DNA from: Nitrospirota bacterium
GTDB lineage: Bacteria > Nitrospirota > UBA9217
Length of the DNA: 64,000 bases
Direction: 5' to 3'
NCBI GenBank assembly: GCA_963663225.1
Contig: OY760142.1
Location: 1,888,001 to 1,952,000 of the forward strand
The notes below the pieces were generated by a model. That model searched no databases, was not told where the DNA came from, and was given only the letters and a program-made list of their open reading frames with translations. This document shows positions 60,698 to 64,000 of the stretch, in pieces. The position numbers and the translations under genes are program-made. Position 1 is the stretch's first letter. Each line of letters starts with the position of its first letter.

Positions 60698-60886
60698 GTT
60701 TCCTCCTGCGGAGATATCGGAATGCCCAATCCATAGAATAATACACAAATGTGTTTTCTCTTGCAAGATGAGCGTTATTCTTTAATGAGCGCCAATCTGT
60801 TATAATGCAAATAGTGTATTCCTGACTTTTGTCACACTCAAACAATGCATGTGCCGACAGTTCCTGCCGGTTGTTTCTTTCCACGG

Positions 60887-60915
60887 TTGACTTGTCTGCA
60901 TCTGTCGGATAAAAT
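60887..60915 (+). promoter_or_regulatory. Sigma70 promoter of the trxB-like/moeA operon
   Basis: TTGACT-17 bp-TAAAAT. Confidence 0.7.
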
Positions 60916-60943
60916 ACACGTCCATTCTAAGGAGGAATAACTC

Positions 60944-61876
60944 ATGGCTCAAGCATACGACGCAATAATTATCGGATCAGGACCGGCAGGGCTTACCGCG
61001 GCGCTTTACCTGGGCAGGGCCGGACAAAAATGCGTAGTGCTTGAAAAGGATTTCGTCGGCGGGTATACGGCGAAAATCGCGCATATTGAAAATTATCCCG
61101 GCTACGAGACCATTAACGGCATGGATCTTACACAGAACATGGCAAAGCAGGCTGAAAAATTCGGAGCAACGATTGTCTATCCGGTGGAAGTGGTGAACCT
61201 GGAGCTCAAAAGCGAAGTAAAGCGGGTGCACACGCGTGAGGAGGTCTATGAAGCGCCGGTTGTGATCATCGCCATCGGTGTCGCGCGCAAAAAGCTGGAA
61301 GTCCCCGGGGCCAAGGAGTTTCTCGGCAAGGGAGTATCGTACTGTGCCACCTGCGACGGCGCATTTTTCCGCGGCCGCACCGTTGCCGTGGTGGGAGCGG
61401 ATGACGAAGCCGCGGAAGAAGCCCTGCATCTTGCGGAGCTTGCCGCACGGGTTAACCTGGTCCCTCATAAAGAGGTCACGATGGTTACGACGCTGCTGGA
61501 CCGGCTCAAAGCAAAGGCAAATGTAGAGTTCCATCCTGTATCAGACATAAAAGAAATCGCCGGAAATGAAGTGGTGACCGGTCTCAGGATCGCCCAGGCA
61601 GGCGCAGAGAAAGTGCTGCCCCTCGACGGGGTCTTTATTGCCATGGGCTCCACGCCGATATCCTCGCTCATACAGAACGCCGGAGGACACATTGACGACC
61701 GCGGCGGTCTTCTTGTTGACCGGAACCAGCGCATGAACATTGAGGGCGTGTACGCGGCCGGTGATTGCACGTACGGCGGGATGCAGATTGTGTGCGCGGC
61801 AGGCGAGGGCGCGATGGCGGGCATGCGCGCTGCCGCTTATATCAGAAAAATAAAAGCCAGACAGTCGCAACCATAG
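60944..61876 (+). CDS. trxB: Thioredoxin reductase family flavoprotein (NADPH motifs degenerate, FFTR-like)
   Basis: GSGPAGLTAA FAD motif, GVSYCATCDG, YAAGD; NADPH site reads GADDEA and PHKEV. Confidence 0.85.
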   Translation: MAQAYDAIIIGSGPAGLTAALYLGRAGQKCVVLEKDFVGGYTAKIAHIENYPGYETINGMDLTQNMAKQAEKFGATIVYPVEVVNLELKSEVKRVHTREEVYEAPVVIIAIGVARKKLEVPGAKEFLGKGVSYCATCDGAFFRGRTVAVVGADDEAAEEALHLAELAARVNLVPHKEVTMVTTLLDRLKAKANVEFHPVSDIKEIAGNEVVTGLRIAQAGAEKVLPLDGVFIAMGSTPISSLIQNAGGHIDDRGGLLVDRNQRMNIEGVYAAGDCTYGGMQIVCAAGEGAMAGMRAAAYIRKIKARQSQP

Positions 61877-61944
61877 CCCGGTCAGACTTCACGGACCGCG
61901 GGGCTGCTTCAAAGCGTGGGGTTGATGAAAAAGATGGTGTATCC

Positions 61945-63228
61945 ATGACGGTAAAAGATATGCTTGGACGTTCCAGCGTGATCACACGGGAAGACGCGCT
62001 GAAAAAACTGGAAGAGCAGTTTCCCTTGCCCGCCCTCGATACGGAAATGATATCTATCAGTGCGGCCCTGAACAGGGTTCTCGCCGGGGATATTGTCTCA
62101 CCGGAGAACCTGCCTGAATTCAACCGGTCCACCATGGATGGTTTTGCAGTCAAAAGCGCGGATACATTCGGGGCGACAGAAGGCCGCGCTGTATATCTCA
62201 CCGTGGTCGGTGAGAGTGTGATGGGAACGATTCCGGACCGCGCCCTCTCAAAGGGAGAGGCCATGAAGATTGCAACGGGCGGTTCATTGCCGGACGGCTC
62301 GGATGCCGTAGTCATGTTCGAGTTCACTCATCCGCTGGACCCGGCGACCATTGAAGTGGTGAAGCCCGTGGCCCCGCTGGAAAACACGATCCAGATCGGT
62401 GATGACATTCGAAAGGGAGACCGGGTGCTGTCTCGCGGACACCGGGTGAGGCCGCAGGACATGTCCGCTCTGGCGAGCCTGGGCATTGCCCGTGTCAGTG
62501 TTTTTGAACGGCCAAAAACTGCGATTATCACGACGGGGAATGAACTTATTCCTGTTGACGCCACTCCGTCGCTCGGACGGATCCGGGACAGCAATTCCTA
62601 CAGTCTGGAGGGGCTCACTGCTGATGCCGGAGGGCTCCCGGTCAAAAAAGGCATTATTCCGGATGATTATGACCGTCTTCGGAAGAGTCTCGAAGACGCG
62701 ATTGATGATTCTGCGCTTATTTTGCTGACCGGCGGCAGTTCCGCGGGCGCCGCGGACATCACGGCAAAAGTGATCAACGACATCGGTCAGCCGGGTGTCC
62801 TGGTGCATGGAGTGGCCGTAAAACCCGGCAAACCGCTCATCATCGGCCTGATCGGCAGCAAGAAGAAATCAAAGCTCATTCCGGTGTTCGGTCTGCCGGG
62901 GAACCCGGTTGCAGTCATCATTTGTTTTGAATTATTTGTGCGGCCGGTTCTTGCCAGGCTGGCCGGATTGGCCCCCCAGGCGACGCTTGAAATAACTTCG
63001 TACCGCACCGTCAAAGCACGTCTTGCGCGCAGCATCTCATCCAAACCAGGCCGGGAAGAACATATTCCGGTATCGCTGGAGGAAAAAAGCGACGGCCTGT
63101 GGGCGCGGCCTATCTTCGGCGCGTCGGGGCTTATCACGACGCTGGTGAAAGCTGTTGGTACGGTGGTGGTGCCGCTGAATAAAATCGGAATAGAGAAAAA
63201 CGAAGAAGTGGACGTAAGGCTGTTTTGA
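61945..63228 (+). CDS. moeA: Molybdopterin molybdotransferase MoeA
   Basis: RSTMDGFAV, ATGG.LP.G.DAVVM.E, TTGNEL, TGGSS.G..D, KPGKP, GLPGNP. Confidence 0.93.
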   Translation: MTVKDMLGRSSVITREDALKKLEEQFPLPALDTEMISISAALNRVLAGDIVSPENLPEFNRSTMDGFAVKSADTFGATEGRAVYLTVVGESVMGTIPDRALSKGEAMKIATGGSLPDGSDAVVMFEFTHPLDPATIEVVKPVAPLENTIQIGDDIRKGDRVLSRGHRVRPQDMSALASLGIARVSVFERPKTAIITTGNELIPVDATPSLGRIRDSNSYSLEGLTADAGGLPVKKGIIPDDYDRLRKSLEDAIDDSALILLTGGSSAGAADITAKVINDIGQPGVLVHGVAVKPGKPLIIGLIGSKKKSKLIPVFGLPGNPVAVIICFELFVRPVLARLAGLAPQATLEITSYRTVKARLARSISSKPGREEHIPVSLEEKSDGLWARPIFGASGLITTLVKAVGTVVVPLNKIGIEKNEEVDVRLF

Positions 63229-63318
63229 GTATGCCGCAGACACGCACGACGAACGGCGCATTTTCCGGAGTCATTATTTCCAACAGTTGTTTTCTCATCT
63301 CAAGGCGAACAAAACGTA

Positions 63319-64000
63319 ATGTTCAAACAACAACGATATCTCGATAACGAACCGCTTAATGATGCGATTCGAAAATACCGCGAGGCACTTGCGGCTGCCG
63401 GCATCGGCGGGCCGCTGCCAGGTGAACGTATTCCCGTCGCAGAGTCGCTGGACCGCATCACGTCGGAAGCGGTGATTGCACGGGTGTCGTCCCCGTTTTA
63501 TCATTCCGCGGCCATGGACGGCGTCGCGGTCAGATTTTCTGACACGCACGGGGCAACGGAAACCAGGCCCAAACGATTGCGCGTACCCGAGCAGGCGTTT
63601 TTTATCGATACCGGCGACCCGATGCCGGACGGTTTCGATGCGGTGATCATGATCGAGGATGTGGAGAAAATATCGGAAGCGGAAATTGAGATTCTCCATT
63701 CGGCAACACCATGGCAGCATGTCCGGCTGGTCGGAGAAGATATCGTCGCAACGGAACTGATCATTCCCGAGAATTACCGGATCCGCCCCGTTGACATGGC
63801 GGCCATGCTGGCCAGCGGCCACACGTCCGTCATGGTGCGCAGAAAACCGGTTGTTTCGATTCTTCCCACCGGTACCGAACTGGTGGAACCGGGAAGTGAT
63901 TTGAAAAAAGGCGATATCATTGACTTCAATTCAACCATGCTTTCGGCGACTGCTTGCGCATGCGGCGCGCAGGCAATCCGCATGGCAATCATCAAGGACG
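63319..64000 (+). CDS. moeA: Second MoeA-family protein (partial, runs off the window)
   Basis: Read by hand from ATG 63319: MFKQQRYL..SSPFYHSAAMDGVAV..IDTGDPMP.GFDAVIMIEDV..PWQHVR.VGEDIV..PTGTEL. Confidence 0.88.
   Translation, partial: MFKQQRYLDNEPLNDAIRKYREALAAAGIGGPLPGERIPVAESLDRITSEAVIARVSSPFYHSAAMDGVAVRFSDTHGATETRPKRLRVPEQAFFIDTGDPMPDGFDAVIMIEDVEKISEAEIEILHSATPWQHVRLVGEDIVATELIIPENYRIRPVDMAAMLASGHTSVMVRRKPVVSILPTGTELVEPGSDLKKGDIIDFNSTMLSATACACGAQAIRMAIIKD

Overview
Mostly core chromosome of an anaerobic diderm bacterium. Gene content suggests Nitrospirota/Thermodesulfovibrionia or Desulfobacterota, which is an inference. In order, the window holds: iorA-iorB-paaK, ferredoxin, cold-shock protein, Hsp20, PerR-like regulator with bacterioferritin, an MCP, two histidine kinases, an Fe3+/polyamine-family ABC importer, TPM proteins, UPF0210/ACT/aroK, aspS, dksA-like gene, tRNA-Met(CAT)-tilS-hpt-ftsH-folP-cdaA-cdaR-glmM-comEC, DUF47-Pit, xfp-fba-adh, dnaJ-hspR-clpB, a diguanylate cyclase, a thioredoxin reductase and tandem moeA. 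The most notable non-obvious signal is at 58351-59146: a single integron gene cassette with a 59-nt attC, a matching GTTATTT core at the cassette start, an attI-like junction and its own upstream promoter, but no integrase in the window. Other highlights are three diverged copies of a short two-hairpin element resembling joined IS200/IS605 ends (8827, 21514, 43983), a thioredoxin reductase lacking NADPH-binding motifs (FFTR-like), an unlisted 58-aa Cys-rich gene with its own promoter and terminator, a 15-codon leader ORF ahead of Hsp20, a HAIR-like operator over the dnaJ promoter, and a kinase with a decayed receiver domain. All calls come from reading the sequence and motif recall. No searches were run.
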